A model generated the notes under the pieces. That model was not told where the DNA came from. It made no database searches and saw nothing but the letters and a program-made list of their open reading frames with translations. From Octopus bimaculoides (taxonomy: Eukaryota), in assembly GCF_001194135.2 (NCBI RefSeq), contig NC_068998.1:374456-438455 (forward strand): 64,000 nt of DNA, in the 5' to 3' direction. The position numbers and the translations under genes are program-made. Shown here in pieces: positions 1-11,715 of this stretch. Numbering within the stretch: the stretch's first letter is position 1; every line of letters starts with the position of its first letter.

Positions 1-185
1 GAAGCATCATTAGCGTATTGGGTTAAATGCTTTGCGGATTTTTGTCTATCTTTACATTCTTAGTTCAAATTCTGCTGAGGTTAACTTTGCCTTTCATCCT
101 TTTGGGGTCAATAAGATGAGTACCATTTGTACACTGGGGTCGACATGCTCAACTTACTCAATCTCCCTAACTTGCTGGCCCTGAG
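1..185 (+). mobile_element. tRNA-derived SINE, family A (5'-clipped by window edge)
   Basis: B-box-like GTTCAAATTC followed by gaggt..actttgcctttcatcctttyggggtc..taa..agtacca..actggggtc, shared with more than 10 other loci in the window. Confidence 0.85.
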
Positions 186-190
186 CCAGG

Positions 191-226
<36 letters not shown>

Positions 227-624
227 GTGCGTGTGTGCGTGTGTGCGTGTATGCGTGTGTGCGTGTGTGCGTGTGTGTGTGTGTGTTGGATATTCAATAG
301 ATTCAGTAGTTTCTGTATTCATTGAAAGCTGATGATTCTCTCTGTTGCTTCTCGGAGTTTCTCATTATGTATGATTTTTGTCTGGAATCTCAGGAATAAT
401 GAGAGGGAGAGAGAGAGAGAGAGTGGGGCAGAGTGAGTATTTTGCTATCATGAACTGACTTGTAATGTGTTTTTTGATGTTGATGAGTAAAAACAAGATT
501 TAATATTTCTAACTTTGTATAATGTTAAAGTTTTCCAGTTAAAACAAATTAAAATTGTTTGTAATGTTCCATTCACAAATTTGTTTCCTCTCATCTCATT
601 CCATCATATTTTCATTATTCCCAG

Positions 625-639
625 ATGTCTTCCATCAAG
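625..639 (+). CDS. Candidate 15-nt CASK microexon (MSSIK in phase 0)
   Basis: 84-nt AG-free, pyrimidine-rich run (539-622) ending cccAG, then ATGTCTTCCATCAAG, then GTAAGA donor. Frame-preserving; TGCATG 11 nt downstream. No homology or transcript support available. Confidence 0.5.
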
Positions 640-650
640 GTAAGAACCAT

Positions 651-656
651 TGCATG
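651..656 (+). promoter_or_regulatory. TGCATG (Rbfox-type splicing element) just downstream of the candidate microexon
   Basis: Exact hexamer at intron position +12 to +17. A downstream UGCAUG is the established Rbfox inclusion-enhancing position. Confidence 0.4.
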
Positions 657-1089
657 TAATCCCATCTCCATTATCATTAGCCATTCACTATATCTACTTC
701 CTTAATCTCTTTCCTAAATCCATCTACTGTATTCACCAATTGACTATTTTTAGTTTTAATCCACCAACTCGAGAATGTTTTGTAGTTTTGTAGCAACATA
801 AATGTATGTTTTCTTAAAAATCTGATGCCAAATTATTTTTAACCATTTCCTTTAAGATATTAAAGTCAATGTATTTTTTATGTTTGTGTAATATTAACTC
901 TGGCCAAACATTGGTCCATTGTCTTCCAACTTTGATTCTGTAAAATCCCAGAATTAATTCATATCTGACTTGGAAAATCAAAGAAAATGGTTTACAAATA
1001 ATTTAGTCAGGTTNNNNNNNNNNNNNNNNNNNNNNNNNNNNNNNNNNNNNNNNNNNNNNNNNNNNNNNNNNNNNNNNNNNNNNNNNNNN

Positions 1090-1125
<36 letters not shown>

Positions 1126-1234
1126 TGACTTGTTGGTACATTGGTATTTCGTTATGCAACCATTATATACTATAAAGTATATCAAATGTTTTTCTAAGTC
1201 AAAACCACATCGCCTATTTTGTGTTGCATTACTT

Positions 1235-1788
1235 TGTTTAGGTTATTTCTGCAGAATATTCCATAGAACTCTATAAACCACCACTGATTGTTTGCTACAA
1301 CGTTTCGTATCGAGACGTCAGATGTAAACAAACAATGAGATCAAAGATGAAAAATGGGTAATGGACATATATGCCATATTTGGGGGGGGGGTCCCCTTCA
1401 GCAGCACCAATCTAATCCATTTATTATCCTTGAACACACAGTAGAACGTGGTATTGACTTATAAAAACATTTAATATACTTTATGATCTATAATGGTTGC
1501 ATGGCGAAATACCACGTGTCTACGAATCGTTAATGTTTATGTACCAACTTCCAGGAATGCATTTAATATGTAAATTGGTAGATCCAATAACTATACACTG
1601 CTATGTGTGGTGGCTATTTAAACAATGTGATTAAGGGTGATTAACAGGTCAGATGGGAGCTGATGAAAGGTCAAAAACCCCTGAAATATGGCATATGCAC
1701 CCATTACCTATTTTTCATGTTTGATCTATAGCAAAAAATCACTGATGACTAATTTCTATAGAATATCTGTAGAAATAACATTAACAAA
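1235..1788. mobile_element. Foldback/MITE-like element with long imperfect terminal inverted repeats
   Basis: 1242-1269 pairs with 1752-1779, and 1338-1385 pairs with 1678-1727 (reverse complements). The right end runs into an N gap. Confidence 0.7.
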
Positions 1789-1902
1789 NNNNNNNNNNNN
1801 NNNNNNNNNNNNNNNNNNNNNNNNNNNNNNNNNNNNNNNNNNNNNNNNNNNNNNNNNNNNNNNNNNNNNNNNNNNNNNNNNNNNNNNNNNNNNNNNNNNN
1901 NN

Positions 1903-1955
<53 letters not shown>

Positions 1956-2394
1956 TACATGTATGTGTATGTTGATGTAGATGTTTTTTGTGTGTATATG
2001 GTTATGTAAATACGTGTATGCCTTGTTGTTGTTAATCCCAAGTTATCCCTGATACAGCTGAACTAGAATCAATGATAAACTGTCATCATAGTAATTTTAT
2101 TTAGACTTAATGTATTTAACTGGACATTATCTGATGTGTCCTTCATTTCTCAAGAGAGAACTATGTAATTTGAGTGGCATTTAGTCATTGTTTCTTGTAG
2201 GTCAACTTACTTGTGAGCTCCCACTTCAGTGTGTGTGTGTGTGTGTGTGCAGTATAATTGTGTATATGTATATGTAGTTCATTGTTCTAACGTCCTGTAC
2301 CCTGATATGCATCTATCTACACATGTAGATGAAAGTATATACATATATGTGTGTATACATGCATATATATTTTTTGTATTATATAGATATATCA

Positions 2395-2620
2395 TGATGA
2401 TGCTGGCATGGGTTGGACGGGTTGACAGGAGGTGACAAGGCTGGAGAGCTGTAGAAGGCTCCATTGTGTGCTTTGGCATGGTTCCTGTGGCTGGATGCCC
2501 TTCTTAATGCCAACCACTTAAGAGAGTGTCAGCTGGGTGGTTGTTTCTATGTGACACTGGCACTGGTGCTTTTTACATGGCACCAGCACCAGCAGGGTCA
2601 CCAAGTAACCAAGTGCAATG
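2395..2620 (-). mobile_element. 3' UTR/tail segment of RTE-clade LINE or partner SINE (family C)
   Basis: tggcatgggttggacgg...ggatgcccttc.taatgccaaccact matches the family C copies elsewhere in the window. Confidence 0.8.
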
Positions 2621-2784
2621 AAACCCCCTCTCAGCTTAGAGAGAGAGAGAAAAACTGAGGGAAGTGGTTGTGTGCCAGGTGAGAGGAGAAAGAGACAGGT
2701 GTGTTAGAATAGAGGAGATTCTTGACTATCTCTGTAAGAAAAGGAAGGAGATAGAATTAGAGAGGAAGACAGAGGACAGTTAGA

Positions 2785-2835
<51 letters not shown>

Positions 2836-3169
2836 GGTGTTAGAGATGCATTGGGACCAACCCACATGTAGCAGTGGGAAGGAGAGTATAAGTGGTAGGG
2901 AGGGGAGAGAGGTGGATATTTCATAAGAATTTGAAGGGAGCTGTTTGAAGATGGAGGAGAGGAGGTGAGCCTAGCAATTGATGATGAGTGGGGTCTGGTA
3001 GATATGTGAGTGTGCAGATAGGCATCATTGGAAGGAGGGACATGCAGTTGATGATGGGTTGAGGGAGGGTAGTGGGGAGATGGGTTGTGGAGAAGTTTTC
3101 ATTGTGGACAGACTGCAAGGGGTAGAGGGCATGGCCTGTCACAATTATACTTAGTTTGGCATGCCTTCT

Positions 3170-3690
3170 CAAGTACAGTGAATTGCCAGAAGTCTCAGCC
3201 TGTTGTCATCTCCTCTGTGAGACTCAGCATCCAAAGATTGTTTCTCACCATTTCATCCCACTTCCACAGGTTCCCTCCACAATTAGAGACTGGCACTTCT
3301 TGATATGACTCCTCTCATCCATATGCACCACATGTTCATATTAGCACAGTTTTCTCTCTTCTGCACTACATCTGATGCCTCTTACACACATTTTTTTCTC
3401 TTAAAGCATTGTCATATATCCACACTAGCATCACACATCCAGTGGAGCATGCTGGCTTCATTTCTTCCAAGCCTTCACATGTCCCCTGCAGTCTTAGCCC
3501 ACGATTCACTGTGATGTAGCATAGCTGTTCATACACAGGCATCATACAATCAACCTTTCACTCTGTTACCAACAAAGGTAGTAGCTCCCTGAACTTTGCC
3601 TTGCCCATACTTATTCTAGCAACTGCACTTTCAGAACATTTTCCTCCTCTGCTAACTTAGTTGCCCAGAAGATAGCAGGAGCTATCAACC
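3170..3690 (-). mobile_element. Decayed RTE-clade LINE ORF 3' end
   Basis: Minus-strand translation with frameshifts gives KFRELLPLLVT...WDEMVRNNLWMLSLTEEMT, similar to the copies at 42661-42849 and 56621-56810. Confidence 0.75.
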
Positions 3691-5099
3691 ACTTCTTAAG
3701 TGTGTGTGTGTGTGAATGGTGTTTTCATATTAATGTTTTAGTGCACATATTCACACGCAACGTTTACATACAAACATGTGTGCGTTTGTTCTATGATGTG
3801 GGGATCAGGCAGATCTCCAAATTTCACTCTGTCCTCAGTAGTTTAAAGGTTGCTGTTGTTGTTGTTTATTGAATATCTTTTGTCCAGAAATTTTCATGGA
3901 ACAGAATTGAGGGCTGCAAAATGTTGTTTGTCTGATGTCAGTGATATCTGTAGATCTTTGAAACTGTCTCTGGATCCAGCCTCAGAGATGACAACATGTC
4001 AAGGCCAGATGTAACAGAGTAGTGTTACAGTGTAACAGCTGTCTAGTAGTGTCACAGTGAGTTGATTTTAACAATTACGCTGTCCACAATGCTGGGAGGT
4101 GGGTGTGGGGGAAATGATGATGATGATGATGATGATGATATATTTGGTCAGTATCTACTTGACTGATTTTATTCATCAGTCACTCCTGTTAATCCAGTCC
4201 AACTTTATTCTGAATCTAATGCATCATATTACATGATACCAGATGTCTCATCTACCCCATACTCCCTGACTGACCATTCCAACTGAACTTTAATCCCCAC
4301 ACCCCGCTTAATCTCACTTTATGTCTCCATGCCAGGATTTGAATCTGATACTAAGTGAAACACTTGTCAAATACACAGTGCTCCTCCTGCTAGTTATTGC
4401 TATACAGGTGTCTGAGTCAATGAGAAAAAAAGAAGAGAGAGTTGTAAAGGCTGTGGTAGGAGTGGTGAGCGTTGTAGCTGTGGCGCCTCTTTGTGTGTGT
4501 GTGTGTGTAAGCAGTTGCAAACATTTATTTAAAACAGAACTGGTAATGTTGTTGAGATAAGATGTGGTGTCTATCATTCATTGCTTTTAGTACAGCCAAA
4601 ACTCGAGATGTTCTTTTCCCACCAACAGAAGTGATTTCTGCACACAAACACACACACACACGCAGACACGTATAGACACCGCGCGCGCACACACACACAC
4701 ACAGCCGCGCACGTGTTTAAACTAGACAAACGAATCAATGGTTTAGTTGAGTAAAGGGAGATAACTCCATATTACAACCCCGAGAGACTAATGTTTAATG
4801 TCGGCGCCAGCTGTAATGATGCTTGTGTGATGTGTGTAATGCCATGGAATTTATTAGTGGTTATGCTAACGAAAAGTATTAAAGTGCCGCCATGAGTGCC
4901 ATGTTTCTTCTGCTGATATACGATGGAACGAGGGTAAAAATGTTTTAAAGTTGTATTTGTTTAGCAAATTCATTGGAGACTTTACTAAAACTGTTCCGTC
5001 AACCGTTTAACCCCCTCACACTCATTTCCTCTAATTTCTCTACATTATTATTAATAGGACGAAAGTGAATGTAACGGTGTGTGCGTGTCATTTGAATAA

Positions 5100-6086
5100 C
5101 TAACATGTCTGGGATCTTTTTTAAAACGGGGGCCACATTTTTCATTAATGTTTTACGTAGATGTTTTTGGTACCGAAAGACTTTCAAACTTCGTATACTT
5201 ATCTATTTTGTGTTATAGAACAGAAAAATATTTTNNNNNNNNNNCCCTAACCCTATCACCGATAGAATTGTTTCAGAATCGTTTATTTATGTAGTCGGCA
5301 CTTAATGTATATCGGCTGAATGGACGTCAGTGATTGGTTGAAATTACAGAAATACGACAACTTTAACATGGAGTAACTTAGGGATTTCTTTTTTTTAAAG
5401 AAGACTAAGAGAAAAAGATGTTTTATATAACACATTCTACCAGTGTTCCAAGTTTCAAAGTGTTTCGTTAATGAAAAATGTGGCCCCCGTTTTAAAAAAG
5501 ATCCCATATCTGCCAAATAGTAACAAGAACAACAACATCAACAATAATAATAATGATTATTTCAAATTTTTGCCACAAGGGCAGCTCGGAGGAGGAATTA
5601 GGATCTTTGGGGTTTGACGGGCAACATTTGTTTTCTTAACGAAACACTTTCAAACTTGGGACACTGGTGGAATGTGTCATATAAGACAACTTCTTCTCTT
5701 AACCTTCTTAACAAAATTTTGTACATCGCAAGTTATTTCATGTTAAAGTTGTCGTATTTCTGTAATTTCAACCAATCACTGACGTCTATTCAGCTGAATA
5801 CAGTTACTGCTGTTCGGTGTCAAGTGTGTTATTCCCTGTTTAATTATATCATTATTACCTAGTTAGGGTTGGAGTTTTAGGGTTCGGGGTTGGGGGTTGG
5901 GGTTATGAGTTATAGGGTTAGAGTTAAGGTTATGGCAAAAATAATCATAACCCTAACCGTAATCCTAAAACTAACCCTAACTCTAAAACCCGAACCCTAA
6001 CCCTAAAACCAGTACAAACGCACGAACGATGTCATAAATAAGAGTAACACGAGTAGTTGTTGACAAACAACGGCACTAATTTTATT
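5100..6086. mobile_element. Cluster of one non-autonomous repeat family in alternating orientation, carrying TTAGGG/CCCTAA-like arrays
   Basis: 5111-5148 is the exact reverse complement of 5468-5505. 5316-5370 versus 5739-5793 is a 54/55 inverted match. Telomere-like arrays at 5246-5255, 5863-5934 and 5946-6010. Confidence 0.75.
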
Positions 6087-7964
6087 NNNNNNNNNNNNNN
6101 NNNNNNNNNNNNNNNNNNNNNNNNNNNNNNNNNNNNNNNNNNNNNNNNNNNNNNNNNNNNNNNNNNNNNNNNNNNNNNNNNNNNNNNNNNNNNNNNNNNN
6201 NNNNNNNNNNNNNNNNNNNNNNNNNNNNNNNNNNNNNNNNNNNNNNNNNNNNNNNNNNNNNNNNNNNNNNNNNNNNNNNNNNNNNNNNNNNNNNNNNNNN
6301 NNNNNNNNNNNNNNNNNNNNNNNNNNNNNNNNNNNNNNNNNNNNNNNNNNNNNNNNNNNNNNNNNNNNNNNNNNNNNNNNNNNNNNNNNNNNNNNNNNNN
6401 NNNNNNNNNNNNNNNNNNNNNNNNNNNNNNNNNNNNNNNNNNNNNNNNNNNNNNNNNNNNNNNNNNNNNNNNNNNNNNNNNNNNNNNNNNNNNNNNNNNN
6501 NNNNNNNNNNNNNNNNNNNNNNNNNNNNNNNNNNNNNNNNNNNNNNNNNNNNNNNNNNNNNNNNNNNNNNNNNNNNNNNNNNNNNNNNNNNNNNNNNNNN
6601 NNNNNNNNNNNNNNNNNNNNNNNNNNNNNNNNNNNNNNNNNNNNNNNNNNNNNNNNTTTTTGTTAGAGCTAAAACGAAGAAGTCGCAAGTGAGGTGAAAA
6701 TTCCATTCCGTTTTAATTTTATCAGAGAATCAAATCAAAACGGAGACATTTCCCGCTTATTTATCCAAGGGAGGGTACTGTTTAGTAGTTTCCTCCCTTG
6801 AAAATTCCAACTCTAATATTTCAAAGCACGAAAAAATTGTTTTGCTTTGATGGGAAGGAATAAAGCTGACTTTTAAACGTCAATCTATTTATTCCATTAT
6901 ATCTTATGGCTTTCACCGCGGCCATTAGTAATATTTTAATGTTTTCTTTTTCCTTTTTTTTTTCTCCAGGTCTGCTTAACCCCTCTATTTTCCTCTTGCC
7001 CCACAATTTTACTTCATCAACTCTTTCTCATTCTCCCTCAACAGTAATGCTCTGCAGTAGAAGCCATTACTGACCCACACCTCATAACCCAATAACCACA
7101 CTGTCACCTTTCCACAACACCTTTCACTCACTCTCTCTCTCTCTCTCTCTCTCACTCTCTCTTTCTCCTTCCTAAAGCTTCCCCATTAGAGTCTCTGTCT
7201 CTCATTAGCCTGTGACATCACGCATACACAACAAGGGAGCCACTGTATGACTGATCTGTCTGCTAGAAATAACAACCACAAGAGTATATTCGCTGAATCA
7301 TGTGGTTGTAAATTACACAACACCTGAGAGAAAGATAAGGTGACATGGTTGGACTGACTACTCGACAGTGACTGACCTGGGGCTAAATTACAACAACAAC
7401 AACAACAACCTTTTACACGAAGTAGAAAACATCTTTATCCTGTTTGACCATTTCAAATCCAGAATAATTGAAATCCATATATTGTTGGATTAGTGATTTA
7501 CTGGGGATTAAGTGAGGATTAGCTAAACACCTGTAGACACCCACTCCTTAATGAAGTCATCCTGTAAATTAGATAATGACGAGACAATAAATGGTATTGG
7601 TCTTTTTGATGGTCTGGGATTATATAACTGATAATAACTGTTATGTGGGTGGGGGGTAGATGGATGGTAAAGAAGGGGGTGTCTGGTGGTGAGGAGGTAG
7701 GGTTGGGTGTGGTGGAGTGGCCATCATACAGAGACTTAATCTATTTCATACAATCACAAACACCTCGTTATCCTTCTATCTTCCTCCCTTCCTTCCATTC
7801 CTTCTCTCTCAGCCTTCCTCCCTCCTTCCCCCCTCTCTCTTCCACTCTCTCTTCATCCCTCTCCCTCTCTCATTAAAACCACACTATAATTAAAGGCACT
7901 TGTCTCTAATTACAGTATCACTTGTTTCTCTAAGTTGAAACTGGATTAATTGGTGGTCTTTGCT

Positions 7965-8030
7965 AATGGCTGTGTCCTTAGCCAAGTTACTTAACTCATG
8001 CTTGTTCAATCTATTTAGATGAATGTTGAG
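7965..8030 (+). mobile_element. CORE-SINE-like remnant
   Basis: ctgtgtccttagccaagttacttaac resembles the CORE domain consensus (tgtgaccttgggcaagtcacttaac). Confidence 0.45.
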
Positions 8031-8364
8031 GTGTGAAATGGAGAATGGGTGAAGCTCATTATTGTAGGGTGAAACTCTTTAATTAATAAATCATTTGTTA
8101 GTTTCTATTCTTCAGTTCAAATCCTCTTATAGACACCTTAGCCTCTCCTCTCCCACCTGGTTTAGTTTCATTCAAACAATAACTACAGGAAAATTTCCAG
8201 GGCCGTCCTTTGCATGAAAAGCACATAGTTATGTACAGACTAAAATAGCTAATGTAATGACCTCTCTTCCTGTCTATAAACTGTGTTAAAACTGATTGAT
8301 CAATCCCAGTGAAACATGAAAGGTTCCAATGAGTGTGAGACAGAAGACTGTGTATTCCTGGAAG

Positions 8365-8396
8365 TTAATTTAGTGACTTTAAAGTCACTAAATTAA
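8365..8396. repeat. Perfect 32-bp loopless palindrome
   Basis: TTAATTTAGTGACTTT|AAAGTCACTAAATTAA, checked base by base. Flanked by attcctggaag and attcctgaag. Confidence 0.9.
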
Positions 8397-8929
8397 ATTC
8401 CTGAAGACAAAGCTTGAGCAGGGTTAATTAAACTGAGTCATTTTAATCTTTAATCTTCTTCATAAGCTGTGCATGCATGCATGTCCCTAAAATATTGCTC
8501 AACAAGTTACATTTAAAAGTCAAAAGACTTGGTTTGTTGTGTAGTGTTGGTGAATGACCCTAATTAATGTTTTTGTGGAGTTTGGGATTCTGAGAAGCAT
8601 GAACGTAATCAGCATTGAAACTAATGGACAATTCCTTTACCATTTCTGTTATGTTTGCTATTTGTGGAATTTTAAAACCATCAGCACTTACCAGATGACT
8701 GTACAGTAAAGAAACTCTGAACAACAACAACAACAACAACAATAATAATAATGTGAAACCTGCTATTGTAAATTATCAGTAAATAATTAATTGTTTTTCT
8801 ATTTCTTTGAGAATGGGTTCTAAATCTTTACTTTCTGCTATTGTCTGTCAACAAATGTGTGTGTGTGTGTGCGAGGAATTCTTTTGTAACCTCTTGGCTA
8901 ATGGTGTACCACTTTGTCTTCACATAAAG

Positions 8930-8944
8930 CAATCAAGCAGTCTG
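8930..8944 (+). CDS. Second candidate 15-nt CASK microexon (QSSSL in phase 0)
   Basis: CTAAT branch-like motif (8898-8902), ctttgtcttcacataaAG acceptor, CAATCAAGCAGTCTG, then CTG|GTAAGT donor. Frame-preserving with no stop. The AAG acceptor is suboptimal. Confidence 0.35.
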
Positions 8945-9344
8945 GTAAGTGTCATCAGTCTCCTAGCTGCATTCAGAGGGTACAAAAACATCCAGCAGTA
9001 TAACAGTGCTCCCCCTGTTTGCAGCAAGGAACATCATCATCCAACTACAGTAGATATTTTAGTGAACTAGATCTTTGTTCTGTGTGCATTATTAGAGTAG
9101 CAACACCTCACTCTGAACAGATGACTGCCTAAAAGATGGTCTGGTGCTCTTGTATTCTCACTTCATAATCCTTTTGTTTGTGAATCAATGGAAATATAAG
9201 AAGACTAAGAAACAGACAAAAAGTTTGTAACACAGGAAAGAAAAAAAAGAAAAAAAAAAGCTTTCTTTCACTTTCTTTGCCAAGAACTGACGGGAAATGA
9301 CTGACATTTGAACTGACAGACACAAATCTATTGATGTGATGTAT

Positions 9345-9386
<42 letters not shown>

Positions 9387-9478
9387 NNNNNNNNNNNNNN
9401 NNNNNNNNNNNNNNNNNNNNNNNNNNNNNNNNNNNNNNNNNNNNNNNNNNNNNNNNNNNNNNNNNNNNNNNNNNNNNN

Positions 9479-9533
<55 letters not shown>

Positions 9534-10561
9534 ATAGACACACACACACACACATAGATGTATGTATATCTATATAATATGTACGCATGTCTATACAAAT
9601 TCATTGACGTGTGTGTGTTTAGTCAACATGAAATGGTGCCTGTATTACCTGCTTACCTATTGTTACCCTGATTTTACAAGAAGATTATCATCCCTCTTCA
9701 CTGCTCTTTCCTCATCCCAACACCTGATTATGTAGAATATTGATCTAATATTGATCAGCAGATGTCTTAGAATAATAACCAGCCACCATATTATTGATCT
9801 GTCCATCAACATATCCTTCAAACCGATATTAGTGCCAATGGGAGCCATAATTAATTCTTCGCCAATTCCTCTCTTCCTTATTTTATTCCTCCTTTACCGT
9901 TTCTGTTGTTTTACCCCTGATAGCTTCCATCAGTCCTTCTTCTTCTGTTCATAATAAAAGTTTCTTGCAAGGAAACTTATTGATCCTCCCTACCTACCCT
10001 CATTCCTGCCTCCTTACCTACCCATCCTCCCACTCACACTGACCCTCCTATCTACCCATCCACCCATCCACCCCCATTAACAAAACCAGTTGCTATCGAT
10101 TTCACTTCATATGAAAGATTTCGTGTTACCTCGGAAAGTTGTAGAATGTGTTTCTGCTTCTCTGAACACTGGATGGTGCTGCCCTCTGCTGGAAATCTTC
10201 TTTACTTTGATATGGAGAAAAAACAACAACAGCAACACCACCTCCACCACCACCACCACCACAAACAACAACAACACCTATTCTATCCCAGTTTAGTGTC
10301 CTAATTCCCCCACCCCCACCCTACTGATGTAATCTGGCATTGGTTTGTTTGGCAAGTTCTTATCTCTGTGGTACATTGCCAGACTTTAAATCCAAAATGA
10401 TTCTCAATAAATTCCTTCAATTTATTACCTGCAGCCAATTATGTGGAACAGTTGCAGAACATAGACTGGAACTGTGGTTCACTCGATAGACTTGGCCATA
10501 TCTAAGATTCCCCACTATGGGACAGACGTTTAGTGATAGCCTTATGCTTTGAGTGTGTACT

Positions 10562-10594
<33 letters not shown>

Positions 10595-10730
10595 CTTATG
10601 TGTGTATTTGTTGGTAACTGAGATAGTTACATGTAGAGAATGTTCAGTTTCAATTTCTGGCAGTCCCTGATGGCAGGGCAGGGCATGGGCCTGAAAGTGG
10701 GCCTGGGTTGGTTGCTGAGGTATTCAATGT

Positions 10731-10779
<49 letters not shown>

Positions 10780-11147
10780 TCATCATCATCATCAACATCA
10801 TCATCATACTTATTTATTTATTTATATGCACACAAGTACATTAATGTTGAAATGAATGAGAAAGGAAGGCTCAACACATATTGTAGATGGTTTGGTTTTT
10901 ATTAAAACTATAAATGAAAACTTGTTTTGCAACTCAACTTTTATACCAGGGTGGTCATCTGCCAAAAACTCAAGTTGAGACAAACTCACAGCTTTAGTTT
11001 TAATAAAGACTATTTGTGTGTGTGTGTGTGGAGAGAGACAGGTGCGAGTGTTGCATTACTTCATTGCACACAAATGAAGTTCTCCTATCTCCCTCTGTCC
11101 TTCCCTCCCATCTCCCCCCATCTATATTATTTCTCTCTCTCTCTGTT

Positions 11148-11210
<63 letters not shown>

Positions 11211-11261
11211 TTCTCTCTNNNNNNNNNNNNNNNNNNNNNNNNNNNNNNNNNNNNNNNNNNN

Positions 11262-11338
<77 letters not shown>

Positions 11339-11374
11339 ATAGATATCAATATATACATATATATTGATATCTAT

Positions 11375-11715
11375 ATCATCATCATTGTCGTTTAATGTCT
11401 GCTTTCCATGTTGGCATGGGTTGGACGGTTTGACTGAGGACCGACAAGCCAGAAGGCTGCACCAGGCTCCAATCTGATCTAGCAAGGTTTCTACAGCTGG
11501 ATGCCCTTCCTAACGCCAACCACTCCGAGTGTGTAGTGGGTGCTTTTTACGTGCCACCAGCATGAGGGCCAGTTAGGCTGTACTGGCATCAACCACACTT
11601 GAATGGTGCTTTTTACATACCGCTGTCACTGGTCTAGTCAGCCAGCACTGGCATCAACCTTGCTTGAATGGTGCTTTTTACGTGCCACCGGTATGGGGAC
11701 CAGCCAGGCAGCAAG
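11375..11715 (-). mobile_element. Family C RTE-LINE 3' tail/SINE with internal tandem subrepeats
   Basis: (CAT)n tail, gtttaatgtctgctttccatgttggcatgggttggacgg, ggatgcccttcctaacgccaaccactcc, and repeated ggtgctttttacgtgccacc units. Confidence 0.85.

Noticed and set aside
2921-3172. Minus ORF faintly like Penelope RT (NFSTTHLPTTLPQPIINCMSLL)
   Set aside because: The similarity is impressionistic and no catalytic motif is visible.
6935-6976. Very strong pyrimidine tract with CAG|GT, as a recursive splice site
   Set aside because: The regenerated donor GTCTGC is far from consensus, and no frame-compatible exon follows.
9660-9960. Minus-strand purine-rich, coding-looking stretch
   Set aside because: All frames are interrupted and I recognise no motif; unassignable.
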